The notes beneath the pieces were generated by a model. The model worked only from the letters and a program-made list of their open reading frames with translations. It had not been told where the DNA came from and did no database searches. From Candidatus Omnitrophota bacterium (lineage in GTDB: Bacteria; Omnitrophota; Gorgyraeia; Gorgyraeales; Gorgyraeaceae), in assembly GCA_030649895.1 (NCBI GenBank), contig JAUSEX010000022.1:1-54682 (forward strand): a DNA stretch of 54,682 bases. Reading direction: 5' to 3'. How positions within the stretch are numbered: position 1 is the first letter of the stretch; the number at the start of each line of letters is the position of its first letter. This document shows positions 7,500 through 16,643 of the stretch, piece by piece. The translations under genes and the position numbers were made by a program.

Positions 7500-8285
7500 A
7501 TGAAGAATAGCGCCATTATTTTTATATTGTTTATAATAAGCATTGCGTCTGGTTGCGTGACGCAGGAATATAATACTGCCACTGGCAAAGAAGACATCAT
7601 GTTTGTAGGGACGGATAAGGAAGTGAATATCGGTAAAAGCATTGCGCAGAGTATCGAGAAGAGCAAAGAGATAAAACTTGATCCGGACCCGTTGATGACA
7701 GAGCGTGTCAGCGAAGTCGGACGGAAAATCGCGTCTGTCAGCGACAGAAAAGAAGTAAAATACACATTCAGGGTCATAGATGAGGATGATGTTAATGCAT
7801 TTGCGCTTCCGGGCGGATACGTTTTTGTCTTTAAGGGCCTTGTCGATAAGGTTTCCAAAGACGATGAGTTGGCAGCAGTTATTGCGCACGAAATAGCGCA
7901 TGTTGTTGCCAGGCATTCGATAAAAAGGCTACAGGGAGGCGTTGGATATGATATACTTATGATACTGATGGCTACCACTGGAGCTGGCAGGCAGGACGCA
8001 GGCCGCATTAACGCTGCGTTTGGCCAGCTGATTATGGCGTATTCAAGAGAAGACGAGGCCATGGCTGACAAGCTTGCAATTAAATATTTAAAAGAAGCAG
8101 GTTATGACCCATGGGCGGTAGTAAGCCTTCTTAAAAAACTTCAGGAGGCGGATAAAGCCGCTCCTATAAGGCCATATACCAATTACCGCTCTCATCCTTA
8201 TGTCGCAGACCGGATACGTATGGTAAAACAGGAGCTTTCAGGCGAAGTGGATTTTAATGACTATATGAATAAGGCGATAGAATAA
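7500..8285 (+). CDS. M48-family zinc metallopeptidase lipoprotein
   Basis: Lipobox IASGC, HEIAHVVARH (HExxH), and a downstream E..AD motif. Confidence 0.85.
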   Translation: MKNSAIIFILFIISIASGCVTQEYNTATGKEDIMFVGTDKEVNIGKSIAQSIEKSKEIKLDPDPLMTERVSEVGRKIASVSDRKEVKYTFRVIDEDDVNAFALPGGYVFVFKGLVDKVSKDDELAAVIAHEIAHVVARHSIKRLQGGVGYDILMILMATTGAGRQDAGRINAAFGQLIMAYSREDEAMADKLAIKYLKEAGYDPWAVVSLLKKLQEADKAAPIRPYTNYRSHPYVADRIRMVKQELSGEVDFNDYMNKAIE

Positions 8286-8345
8286 TGTCGCGGGGCTGAT
8301 GCATAAATTCCGCATACAGTCCCGCTGTCAACAAGGAGGTTTTAG

Positions 8346-8990
8346 ATGTTAATAAAGAGAGACGATTTTACTGCACAGGACCCGTGGCGGATATTCAGGA
8401 TTATGGCTGAGTTTGTGGAAGGATTTGAGGAGCTATCCCAGATAGGCCCTGCAGTTACTGTGTTTGGTTCAGCCAGGACAAAGGCGAGTGACAGGTATTA
8501 TAAGTTAGCAGAAGAAATCGCTTTTTTACTGGCCAAGGACGGTTATGCAATAATTACAGGCGCCGGTCCAGGCATAATGGAGGCAGCTAATAAAGGCGCT
8601 AAAAAAGCGGGCGTTACTTCAATAGGCCTTAATATACAGGTGCCTGTCGCTCAGAAACCTAACAGGTTTATAACAAAATTGCTGGATTTCAGGTATTTTT
8701 TCTGCAGGAAAGTGATGTTTTTAAAATACGCAAAGGCGTCCGTGATATTTCCGGGCGGATTCGGCACTATGGATGAATTCTTTGAAACCATAACCCTTAT
8801 TCAGACAGATCGGATAGACAGGTTTCCCGTGGTGCTGGTGGGGAGCGAGTACTGGAAAGGTCTGGCGGATTGGATCAAAAAAGCAATGCTTAATACCGGC
8901 CGGATCTCGGAAGGAGACCCTGACATGTTCTCTATAGTAGATGAGCCTGAGCAGGTTGTTTCTATTATAAAGAAGTTTTACTCTAAATAA
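8346..8990 (+). CDS. LOG-family (TIGR00730) nucleotide phosphoribohydrolase
   Basis: GAGPGIMEAANKGA and PGGFGTMDEFFE motifs. AGGAGG RBS. Confidence 0.85.
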   Translation: MLIKRDDFTAQDPWRIFRIMAEFVEGFEELSQIGPAVTVFGSARTKASDRYYKLAEEIAFLLAKDGYAIITGAGPGIMEAANKGAKKAGVTSIGLNIQVPVAQKPNRFITKLLDFRYFFCRKVMFLKYAKASVIFPGGFGTMDEFFETITLIQTDRIDRFPVVLVGSEYWKGLADWIKKAMLNTGRISEGDPDMFSIVDEPEQVVSIIKKFYSK

Positions 8991-9069
8991 ATTGCAGTTA
9001 GCTTGTCCGGGCCGGACATTAGCTATATTTTTAGTTGAAAACAGATTATGTTAGGTATATAATTTAAAC

Positions 9070-10041
9070 ATGGCTCACAGATTTATCAACGATCTAAAAG
9101 AAGGGGAAACGGTAGAGTCTGTTTATTTGGTAAGAGAAAAATCTTTTGATATCACCAAAAAAGGCGATCCGTATATAGCGCTCGAACTTGCCGATAAAAC
9201 AGGTATGGTGGATTGCAGGAAGTGGGATGCCTTAAAATCGTTATTTGACTCTTTTAGCGTGGATGATTTTGTTAAGGTGAAGGCGAAGGTAGAATTCTTC
9301 AGGAATTATCCCCAGTTAAAAATAGATTCAATAGAAAAAGCGGATGATAAATCAGTAGATATTTCGCTTTACATGCCTGTTTCGGATAAAAATAGAGACA
9401 AGATGTTTGAGGATTTTTTATCTGAAATGGAGTCGGTCAAAAACCCTTATCTGAAAACCCTGGTAAACAATCTATTCGCAGATAAAGATGTTGCTGAAAA
9501 ATTCAGGACTGCTCCAGCTGCCAGCGATTTTCATCACCCGTACATAGGAGGCCTGATTGATCACACATTAGCTTGCGTTGAGCTCGCAAGGCTCCTGGCT
9601 TCAAAATACAGAGACATAAACCTTGACCTGCTTTTATGCGGCACTGCGTTGCATGACATAGGCAAGATAGAAGAGCTTTCGTACAAGAGGAGTTTTTATT
9701 ATACGGATAAAGGCAGGCTGATAGGGCATATTGTCCTTGGAGTGAATATTGTAAGCGCTGCCATTGATAATATCCCGGAATTTCCCGAAGAATTGAAGAA
9801 TCTCATACTTCATATAATACTTAGCCATCACGGAGAGCAGGAATGGGGGTCGCCTAAAAGGCCGATGTGTTTCGAGGCTATTATATTGCATCATATTGAT
9901 AATCTGGATGCAAAAATAAACGGGTTCAGGCATTTTGTAAAGACATATAACGACCCTGATTCCAGCTGGACAAAACATAGCAAGATGTTCGGGGAGTTTT
10001 TATATAAGGCAAAGATTTCTAGCGACAATATGGGAACATAG
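9070..10041 (+). CDS. YhaM-like 3'-5' exoribonuclease (OB-fold + HD domain)
   Basis: N-terminal OB-fold segment. HD domain with HHPYIGGLIDH and LHDIGK. Confidence 0.75.
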   Translation: MAHRFINDLKEGETVESVYLVREKSFDITKKGDPYIALELADKTGMVDCRKWDALKSLFDSFSVDDFVKVKAKVEFFRNYPQLKIDSIEKADDKSVDISLYMPVSDKNRDKMFEDFLSEMESVKNPYLKTLVNNLFADKDVAEKFRTAPAASDFHHPYIGGLIDHTLACVELARLLASKYRDINLDLLLCGTALHDIGKIEELSYKRSFYYTDKGRLIGHIVLGVNIVSAAIDNIPEFPEELKNLILHIILSHHGEQEWGSPKRPMCFEAIILHHIDNLDAKINGFRHFVKTYNDPDSSWTKHSKMFGEFLYKAKISSDNMGT

Positions 10042-10087
10042 AGCCGTTCGGGATCAAATCCGCTTAGGCGGATTATGGAGGTGAAAG

Positions 10088-10468
10088 ATGAAGAAAAAAA
10101 AGGTTAAGAAGGCAGTTAAGAAGCCCGTAAAAAAAGTAAAAAAGAAAGTAACCGTTAAAAAACCGGCAGCCAAGGTAAAAAAGAAAAAGGCCGCATCTAT
10201 ACCAGCTGGCGCATCTCTTGAGGAAGCGGGCGTTATAACTCATTATTTTCCAAAAGTAGGCGCAGCTGTTGTAAAACTTACAAAGACAGGGCTTTCCGTA
10301 GGAGATAGTATTGTTATAAAAGGCCACACGTCTGATTTTAAAGAAAAAGTAGGGTCTATTCAGCTGGACCATGCGCCTATCCAGAATGCGGAAAAGAATA
10401 TGGAGATAGGTCTTGAGGTGAAGTCAAAGGTCAGGGAGCACGATGTTGTGTACAAGATCGTAAGGTAA
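10088..10468 (+). CDS. small protein: lysine-rich histone-H1-like tail + translation-factor domain-2-like beta-barrel
   Basis: MKKKKVKKAVKKPVKKVKKKVTVKKPAAKVKKKKAA, followed by GVITHYFPKVGAAVVKLTKTGLSVGDSIVIKG. GGAGG RBS. Confidence 0.7.
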   Translation: MKKKKVKKAVKKPVKKVKKKVTVKKPAAKVKKKKAASIPAGASLEEAGVITHYFPKVGAAVVKLTKTGLSVGDSIVIKGHTSDFKEKVGSIQLDHAPIQNAEKNMEIGLEVKSKVREHDVVYKIVR

Positions 10469-10512
10469 GGTCCCTGCTTGAATTTGTTGAAAAATGTGCT
10501 ATACTTTCTAAT

Positions 10513-10598
10513 GAAGCCGATAAAGTTAAAGAAGAATGCCTGATACAGGGCTAAGCCGGGTCGCGCAAGGCGATCAATCTTTATCGGCTTCTTTTTTT
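10513..10598 (+). terminator. long-loop hairpin with T7 tail (GCCGATAAAG inverted repeat)
   Basis: GAAGCCGATAAAG (10513-10525) pairs perfectly with CTTTATCGGCTTC (10579-10591). TTTTTTT follows. The loop is 53 nt. Confidence 0.5.
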
Positions 10599-11507
10599 AT
10601 GGAAAACACTGAAAATAAAAATATGATAGGTCTTGCCCTTGGTTCAGGAGCTGCCTTCGGGCTTGCGCACATAGGCGTATTAAAGATACTGGAAAGAGAA
10701 GAAATACCTATAGGCGTTGTTTCGGGCGCGAGTATAGGCGCGCTTATTGCTACGATGTGGGGCATCGGCCTCAGTTCTCACGAGATACAGAAGATTTCGG
10801 AGAGATTAAAAATAAAACTTAATATCCTCAGGCTTCTGGATTTTACATTTCCTATAACAGGGCTGCTTGCAGGCAAGAGGTTGAGAAGATTTTTAAGGGC
10901 CATACTTGGAGACAGCACGTTTGAAGATCTAAAGGTGCCGGTTAAGATAATAGTTTGCGACCTTGCGAATAGAGAAACAATAGTAATTGATAAGGGCATG
11001 CTTCTGGACGCTGTTTACAAGAGCATCGCTGTGCCTGGAATTTTTCAGCCTATAGTGGAAGACGGAAGGATACTTGTGGATGGAGGAATCATGGACCCTG
11101 TGCCGGTTGACATCCTTTTTAGAAGCGGCGCAAAAAAGATTATAGCGGTAAATGTTCTCCCCGGGCCAAAGAATATATACGAAAGAAACATGGCTTTAAA
11201 AGAAGCGGCAAAGGAAGAGGAGAATGTACTGAGACAGGGTTCTCTGGGCGAAAAAATAGGCGTTCATCTCCTGAGATTTTTTAGAAAGATGTTTACGCCT
11301 AATATATTCGACGTGATAATGACAAGCATGCAGGCAATGGAATATAGCATAGCGGAAATAAATTGTTGCAGAGCTGACGTAAATCTTCACCCTGTTTTAA
11401 GCAATGCGACTTCTATAGATTTTCATCTTGTGAAGCAGTTTGTGAAAATAGGGGAAGAAGAGGCCTTGAGGCATATAGATAAGATAAGGGCATTGAAGGC
11501 GGGATAA
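10599..11507 (+). CDS. patatin-like phospholipase
   Basis: GSGAAFG oxyanion loop, GASIGA (GxSxG) and a DGG motif. Start moved to ATG 10599, because the upstream part of the ORF covers the hairpin and T-run. Confidence 0.85.
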   Translation: MENTENKNMIGLALGSGAAFGLAHIGVLKILEREEIPIGVVSGASIGALIATMWGIGLSSHEIQKISERLKIKLNILRLLDFTFPITGLLAGKRLRRFLRAILGDSTFEDLKVPVKIIVCDLANRETIVIDKGMLLDAVYKSIAVPGIFQPIVEDGRILVDGGIMDPVPVDILFRSGAKKIIAVNVLPGPKNIYERNMALKEAAKEEENVLRQGSLGEKIGVHLLRFFRKMFTPNIFDVIMTSMQAMEYSIAEINCCRADVNLHPVLSNATSIDFHLVKQFVKIGEEEALRHIDKIRALKAG

Positions 11508-11512
11508 AAAGT

Positions 11513-12661
11513 ATGGAAAAGCAGGTTATAAAAATATTGGTAGTGGATTTTGTGCCAGCCAATATAAATAAAATAAAGAATGCGTTCTCCAAAATATTAG
11601 ACACCTCTTATGATATATCCTGGCCTAAGATAGGAGAGAACATCCTGAAAAAGGTTGAAGAAGAGAAATTTGATGTTATTATTCTATCCTATGATCTGCC
11701 TGACTTGAACGGCCTTGAGATGCTGGTTGATTTACAATATAAAGAACTTTCCGGGCCTGTTATAATGACTGCAGGCGTAAGGGATAAGGAATTTGCGTCC
11801 CAGGCAATGCGTGAAGGCGCATATGATTATGTAATACGGGAAAAGGGTTTTGAAGAAGGGCTCCCTGTTGTTGTATATAATGCCATGGCAGCGTTTCATG
11901 CTGTAAAAGAAAGAGAGCGGCTGCAAAAAGAAATAGCTGCCAAAAAAGTAGAGTTAGAAGCTGCAAATACGAAATTGCAGCAGCTGGATAAGCTAAAGTC
12001 GGGCTTTGTAGCAAACGTAGCGCATGAATTCAGGACCCCTCTCACGGTAATAAAAGGTAACATAGACCTTGTAAGTAAAGGAGGGCTCGGAGGCGTTACG
12101 CCAGCTCAAAAAGAGATGTTGGACGGCGCTATAAATATAGTCAACAGGCTGGCAAGATTGGTAAACGATCTTTTGGACATATCTAAGATAGAGTCAGGAA
12201 AAATGGAATTAAGGAAAGAGCCTGTTGAGATAAATAAGATAATAGAAGAAAATCTTGCGATTTTTGATAAGATAATAAAGGATAAAAAACAAAAGATACT
12301 GAAAGGCCTTGCTGGCAACATGCCAAAGATCAGCGCTGACAAAGATAAGGCGACCCAGTTGTTCATAAATCTTCTGAGCAATGCTATAAAATATACGCCT
12401 GAGTCAGGCACTATTACAATAAGAACCGTTAATCTGGAAACGGAAATAATGGTAGAGATAGCTGATACGGGAGAAGGATTGTCGCAGGACAGCCTGGATA
12501 AGGTGTTTGATAAGTTTATACGCGTCACAGCTGAAAAAAAAGAAGGCACCGGGTTAGGCCTTCCAATAGCAAAGGATATAGTCATCTTGCATAAAGGCAG
12601 GATATGGGTAAAGAGCGAATTAGGCAAAGGAAGCCAGTTTTATTTTACGCTGCCTAAGTAA
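11513..12661 (+). CDS. hybrid sensor histidine kinase (atypical receiver + HisKA + HATPase_c)
   Basis: H-box VAHEFRTPLT, N-box LLSNAIKYT, and G-boxes DTGEGL and GTGLGL. N-terminal receiver-like fold. Confidence 0.85.
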   Translation: MEKQVIKILVVDFVPANINKIKNAFSKILDTSYDISWPKIGENILKKVEEEKFDVIILSYDLPDLNGLEMLVDLQYKELSGPVIMTAGVRDKEFASQAMREGAYDYVIREKGFEEGLPVVVYNAMAAFHAVKERERLQKEIAAKKVELEAANTKLQQLDKLKSGFVANVAHEFRTPLTVIKGNIDLVSKGGLGGVTPAQKEMLDGAINIVNRLARLVNDLLDISKIESGKMELRKEPVEINKIIEENLAIFDKIIKDKKQKILKGLAGNMPKISADKDKATQLFINLLSNAIKYTPESGTITIRTVNLETEIMVEIADTGEGLSQDSLDKVFDKFIRVTAEKKEGTGLGLPIAKDIVILHKGRIWVKSELGKGSQFYFTLPK

Positions 12662-12668
12662 TTATAGA

Positions 12669-12790
12669 AGTTCTCGACTTGGCCTTTGGCCTCGCTCGAA
12701 CAACATGTCCTGAACTTGTCGAAGGATATTCTTCGAGCGAACGAGCCCCTCGACATTGCTCTGGGTAAACTTCGCGAGTGAGTCGAAAAG
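12669..12790. repeat. nested palindromic intergenic repeat, copy A
   Basis: AGTTCTCGAC ... CTCGCTCGAAC ... ATTCTTCGAGCGAACGAG ... AGTCGAAAAG. Begins 8 nt after the kinase stop codon. Confidence 0.7.
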
Positions 12791-12808
12791 ATAAAGCAGG
12801 AGTAAATT

Positions 12809-13525
12809 ATGTTTTTAGATAGAATAACGGAAGACATAAAATCTGCGATGGAAAAAGATCCTGCGGCAAAGAGCGCGCTGGAAATAGCGCTCTGCTATTC
12901 AGGCGTTCACGCGCTTTGGTTCCATAGGATTGCGCATTTTTTCTATAACAGAAAAATGTACTTAATCGCGAGGGTAATTTCCCATTTTGCTAGATTTGTC
13001 ACTGGGGTTGAGATCCATCCGGGCGCAAATATAGGCAGGCGCGTATTTATAGACCATGGCATGGGCGTTGTTGTAGGCGAGACTTCAGAAATAGGAGACG
13101 ATAGTCTTATCTATAAAGGCGTCGTGCTGGGCGGAACGAGCCTTGAGAAAGGCAAGCGTCATCCCACGCTTGGAAAAAATGTTGTTGTGGGGTCCAATTC
13201 CTGCGTGCTGGGCCCTATAAAAATAGGAGACGGGGCTAAGGTAGGTTCCGGATCAGTTGTTATAAAGGATGTGCCGAGCGGGGCAACTGTAGTCGGAGTG
13301 CCTGGCAAGATAGTCGAAAAGAAAACCGCTGAAAAATTAGAATTGGATTTTGAGCACGGGAACCTGCCCGATCCGGTGGCGGATGTAGTTAAGATAATAC
13401 TAAAGATGCAGCACGAGTTAGAGCAGAGGCTCGTGACTATCGAAAAAGACCATAACATAAAAGCCAGGTCTATTTTTCATGATTACGAAGAAAAAGCGAC
13501 AGAAGAGCTTCCTGACGACAAATAA
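12809..13525 (+). CDS. cysE: serine O-acetyltransferase
   Basis: SAT N-terminal helix region plus left-handed hexapeptide repeats (GVEIHPGANIGRRVFIDHGMGVVVGETSEIGDD). Confidence 0.85.
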   Translation: MFLDRITEDIKSAMEKDPAAKSALEIALCYSGVHALWFHRIAHFFYNRKMYLIARVISHFARFVTGVEIHPGANIGRRVFIDHGMGVVVGETSEIGDDSLIYKGVVLGGTSLEKGKRHPTLGKNVVVGSNSCVLGPIKIGDGAKVGSGSVVIKDVPSGATVVGVPGKIVEKKTAEKLELDFEHGNLPDPVADVVKIILKMQHELEQRLVTIEKDHNIKARSIFHDYEEKATEELPDDK

Positions 13526-13537
13526 CCCCGGGCAGTA

Positions 13538-13566
13538 TTGACAAAATAGATGTCGTGGTGTATAAT
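13538..13566 (+). promoter_or_regulatory. consensus sigma70-type promoter of the cold-shock gene
   Basis: TTGACA, 17-nt spacer, TATAAT. Confidence 0.7.
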
Positions 13567-13598
13567 TGAACAAAATTTATGGAAGGAGGGCAGCATAA

Positions 13599-13802
13599 GT
13601 GCCGAAAGGAAAGGTGAAGTGGTTCAGCAATCAAAAAGGCTACGGCTTCATTACTCCTGAAGATGGCAAAGATGTCTTTGTGCATCATACAGCCATACAG
13701 GGAGAAGGTTACAAGACCCTGCAAGAAGGGCAAGAAGTGGAGTTTGAGATTGTCCAGGGACCAAAAGGAGAACAGGCAGCTAATGTAACCAAGTTGTCAT
13801 AA
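13599..13802 (+). CDS. cold-shock protein, CspA family
   Basis: [16 protein letters not shown] and VFVHH RNP motifs. GTG start 9 nt after GGAGGG. Confidence 0.9.
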   Translation: MPKGKVKWFSNQKGYGFITPEDGKDVFVHHTAIQGEGYKTLQEGQEVEFEIVQGPKGEQAANVTKLS

Positions 13803-13824
13803 ACTTGACCAAGTAGCTATCTTT

Positions 13825-13859
13825 GCCCCCTCGTCATTTTTATGGCGAGGGGGCTTTTT
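13825..13859 (+). terminator. intrinsic terminator after csp
   Basis: GCCCCCTCGTC / GGCGAGGGGGC stem (one G-T pair), 8-nt loop, then TTTTT. Confidence 0.85.
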
Positions 13860-13870
13860 AATTAAACATT

Positions 13871-14158
13871 ATGACGGATCTTATAAGAGTCTGGAAAGAA
13901 ATGGATGTTAGCGACATAGAGAAGCACCTTCTGGTAGTCGGCGAGGTTGCAGGGGATTGCTCCAGCTGCAGGGAGCTAGGCATAAATTATTCATCAGCAA
14001 AGTCCTGCCCGAAATGCGGAAATGAATTCAAATATATCGCAACCAGGTTTCATGAGATAAAGAAAATAAAACAAAAAAGGCCGGACTTGATATTCATAGA
14101 TTTTGAGGATTACAAAAAAGCAACAGGCAAGATAAAGGCAAAAGGCCTATTTTTCTAA
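13871..14158 (+). CDS. small zinc-ribbon protein of unknown function
   Basis: CSSC ... CPKC pair of CxxC motifs. Basic C-terminus. Confidence 0.6.
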   Translation: MTDLIRVWKEMDVSDIEKHLLVVGEVAGDCSSCRELGINYSSAKSCPKCGNEFKYIATRFHEIKKIKQKRPDLIFIDFEDYKKATGKIKAKGLFF

Positions 14159-14160
14159 AC

Positions 14161-15807
14161 ATGCCAAAAACTGCTAAATTATTTATACTGCTTATAATTT
14201 TAGCGGCGATTTTTTCCTACCTGAATTCGCTCAATAACGAGTTTATCTGGGACGATGAGGATTTTGTCCTGAAAAATTCCACGATCAAAGACTGGCATAA
14301 ATGGCCGCATGTTTTTACGGAAAACATGATACACGGCGCCAGGAAAGGCAGCAATTTTTACAGGCCCGCGCAATCCCTGACGCACGGGGTTGACTATATC
14401 CTCTGGAAAGATAAGCCCGCCGGCCATCACGTTACCAATATAATTTTTCATATTCTAGCTAGCATTACTGCGTACCTGCTGCTTAGAAAGATATTCTCAA
14501 ATAACCTGTCGTTTTTAGCTGCTTTATTTTTCGCAGTCCACCCCGTGCAGACAGAAGTGGTTACTTATATTTCCGGCAGGTCAGATTCCATGGCCGCGTT
14601 TTTTATGATGCTTGCCCTGTTGTTATTCGAGAGGAATATTATCCTGGCGTCTTTGTCTTTTGTCCTGGCGGTTCTATCGAAAGAAAGCGCCATGATAATG
14701 CCTTTTCTTTTGATAATTTATCTTTTATTCAAAGATGGAACTGTAAAGCAGCAAATGAAACCTACTCGGGCTAAAGCCCGGGGTTCCTTGGGCGGAATAC
14801 CGAGCCCAGATTGCAATCTTGGCGAATGTATAAAAAAAATAGCCCCATTCATAGCGATATTGCTCATTTACGGTGCATTGAGACTGACGGTCTTGAACTT
14901 TTCAAAAACAGTCGGGGAAAACCTTCCTCAACCGTTTTTTTATGTGCCGCTGTATATAAGACTTTTGACATTTTTAAAGGCCTTGCCTGCGTATTTCAGC
15001 ATCCTGGCGTGGCCTTTCGGGCTTCATATGGAAAGGCAGATGAGCCTGGCCAGGTCTATTTTTGAACCGCAGGTATTTTCCGGGCTCCTGCTGCTTTTGT
15101 GCTTATTCTTTATTGCCTGTAAATTGAAGAGATTTGACAAGGCTATGCTATTTTCAGTCTGCTGGTTTTTTATTGCGATATTTCCCAATTCCAATATCAT
15201 ACCTATAAATGCGCTTATTTACGAACATTGGCTTTACTTGCCGTCTCTGGGATTTTTTATAACCATTGCATGGCTACTGGAAAAATTATTAAAACGAGGA
15301 AATATATTTAAATGCGCTACTGTTTTGATCGCGATAGCCATAGCGCTCTTTTATATCTGGCGGACGCATGAAAGGAACAGGGAATGGCGTGATCACATAT
15401 CTTTTTACGAAAGCACTATAAGACATGTGCCTGATTCCGGAAGGCTGCATAATAATCTTGCGATGGCTTATTCAGATAAAGGCAGAATAGAAGATGCTGT
15501 CATGGAATACGAAAAAGCCATCAGCCTGGGAGATTATTACCCGCAGATCCACTTTAATCTTTCAAATATATATATAGGTAGGGGCGACTACGAAAAAGCT
15601 GTAAAGGAGCTCATAAGAAGCATCGAGATAGATAATAATTTTTTATATTCCCACGAGAGTTTGTCTGTATTGTATTTCAATCAGGGTAAGTTCAGAGAGG
15701 CCGGAAGCGAAGCGGAGCTCATTCTCAAGTTTGAGCCGGATAATAAAGTTGCCGGGGAGATTTTGAGGAAACTTTCAGAAAAGGGAATATTTTATTACCG
15801 CCCATAG
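14161..15807 (+). CDS. polytopic membrane protein with C-terminal TPR repeats (PMT/ArnT-like glycosyltransferase architecture)
   Basis: About 10 predicted TM helices, then TPR repeats (NNLAMAYSDKGRIEDAVMEYEKAI..). Confidence 0.7.
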   Translation: MPKTAKLFILLIILAAIFSYLNSLNNEFIWDDEDFVLKNSTIKDWHKWPHVFTENMIHGARKGSNFYRPAQSLTHGVDYILWKDKPAGHHVTNIIFHILASITAYLLLRKIFSNNLSFLAALFFAVHPVQTEVVTYISGRSDSMAAFFMMLALLLFERNIILASLSFVLAVLSKESAMIMPFLLIIYLLFKDGTVKQQMKPTRAKARGSLGGIPSPDCNLGECIKKIAPFIAILLIYGALRLTVLNFSKTVGENLPQPFFYVPLYIRLLTFLKALPAYFSILAWPFGLHMERQMSLARSIFEPQVFSGLLLLLCLFFIACKLKRFDKAMLFSVCWFFIAIFPNSNIIPINALIYEHWLYLPSLGFFITIAWLLEKLLKRGNIFKCATVLIAIAIALFYIWRTHERNREWRDHISFYESTIRHVPDSGRLHNNLAMAYSDKGRIEDAVMEYEKAISLGDYYPQIHFNLSNIYIGRGDYEKAVKELIRSIEIDNNFLYSHESLSVLYFNQGKFREAGSEAELILKFEPDNKVAGEILRKLSEKGIFYYRP

Positions 15808-16470
15808 TACGCCCAGAGAATAAATCCTTTTAAATTTTTTCCCCTCCTTGAATGTCCTTGCTTTATAGGGGATAGCCACTTCTTTTATCTTGAATCCGGC
15901 CTTGCTTATTTTAGCTGTTAATTCAGACTCTATCCCAAAACCTTTGCATTCAAGAGTAACTCCTTTTAAGGCATGTTTTTTAAAAATCTTGAAACATGTC
16001 ATGCAGTCTGTGAGTGATGTCTTACATAGGATATTTGTCAGAAAATTTCCAAAACGATTCGCCAGAAAATAAGACATTTTCATGCCTGCAGGATGCGGGT
16101 TTGCCAGGAATCTTGAGCCATAGACCACGTCCACATTTTCCTGTGTTACGGGTTTCAAGAGCGCAGGGTAAAGAGACGGGCTGTATTCCAGGTCAGCGTC
16201 CTGGATTATGATCACATCTCCTGTCGCGTGCGCAATTCCTGATATAAGGCCGGCGCCTTTGCCCTGGTTTTTCACATGCCTAATAACTCTTGCGGAGGGC
16301 ATTACAGCCGTAGCCTTTTCCACGGTCCTGTCAGTAGAACCATCGTCTATAAGTATAACCTCTTTTTCAGATATTCCGCAGGAAATTAGATTTAGCGATT
16401 TTATTTCCTGCATTACCTGGCTGATCGATCTTTCTTCATTATAAGCCGGAATCAAAATAGAAAGTTTCAT
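15775..16470 (-). CDS. family-2 glycosyltransferase (dolichyl/polyprenyl-phosphate sugar synthase-like)
   Basis: LSILIPAYNEE, DDGSTD and QDADLEY motifs. Start placed at MKLSILIP (16470) rather than 16506. The 3' end overlaps the convergent gene by 33 nt. Confidence 0.8.
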   Translation of the reverse strand: MKLSILIPAYNEERSISQVMQEIKSLNLISCGISEKEVILIDDGSTDRTVEKATAVMPSARVIRHVKNQGKGAGLISGIAHATGDVIIIQDADLEYSPSLYPALLKPVTQENVDVVYGSRFLANPHPAGMKMSYFLANRFGNFLTNILCKTSLTDCMTCFKIFKKHALKGVTLECKGFGIESELTAKISKAGFKIKEVAIPYKARTFKEGKKFKRIYSLGVLWAVIKYSLF

Positions 16471-16614
16471 AGGAGGTAGTATATCCGAAAACACGCCCTT
16501 TTGCAAATATATTTACGATATATTTTATGCTAATTGTAATACTTTCGATATTAGGTAACACTATAATGAGCTCTTGCCAGGGTTGGCGCTTACGTAATAT
16601 TTTATGCTATTTGA

Positions 16615-16643
16615 TTGACCATGATATGCTTCTGAGATATAAT
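16615..16643 (+). promoter_or_regulatory. near-consensus promoter of the REC-GGDEF gene (predicts a leaderless mRNA)
   Basis: TTGACC, 17-nt spacer, TATAAT. The -10 ends 8 nt before the ATG at 16652 and no SD lies in between. Confidence 0.6.

Noticed and set aside
12662-12808. Possible T-box or other riboswitch upstream of cysE
   Set aside because: The structure here is explained by copy A of the palindromic repeat family. No T-box specifier or antiterminator sequence, nor any other known aptamer core, was seen.
14761-14815. GC-rich 55-nt segment inside the TPR membrane protein gene (encodes PTRAKARGSLGGIPSPD), which looked like another in-frame repeat insertion
   Set aside because: I found no second copy in the window. 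It contains only a small CGGGCT-AA-AGCCCG hairpin. It could simply be a loop between TM helices.
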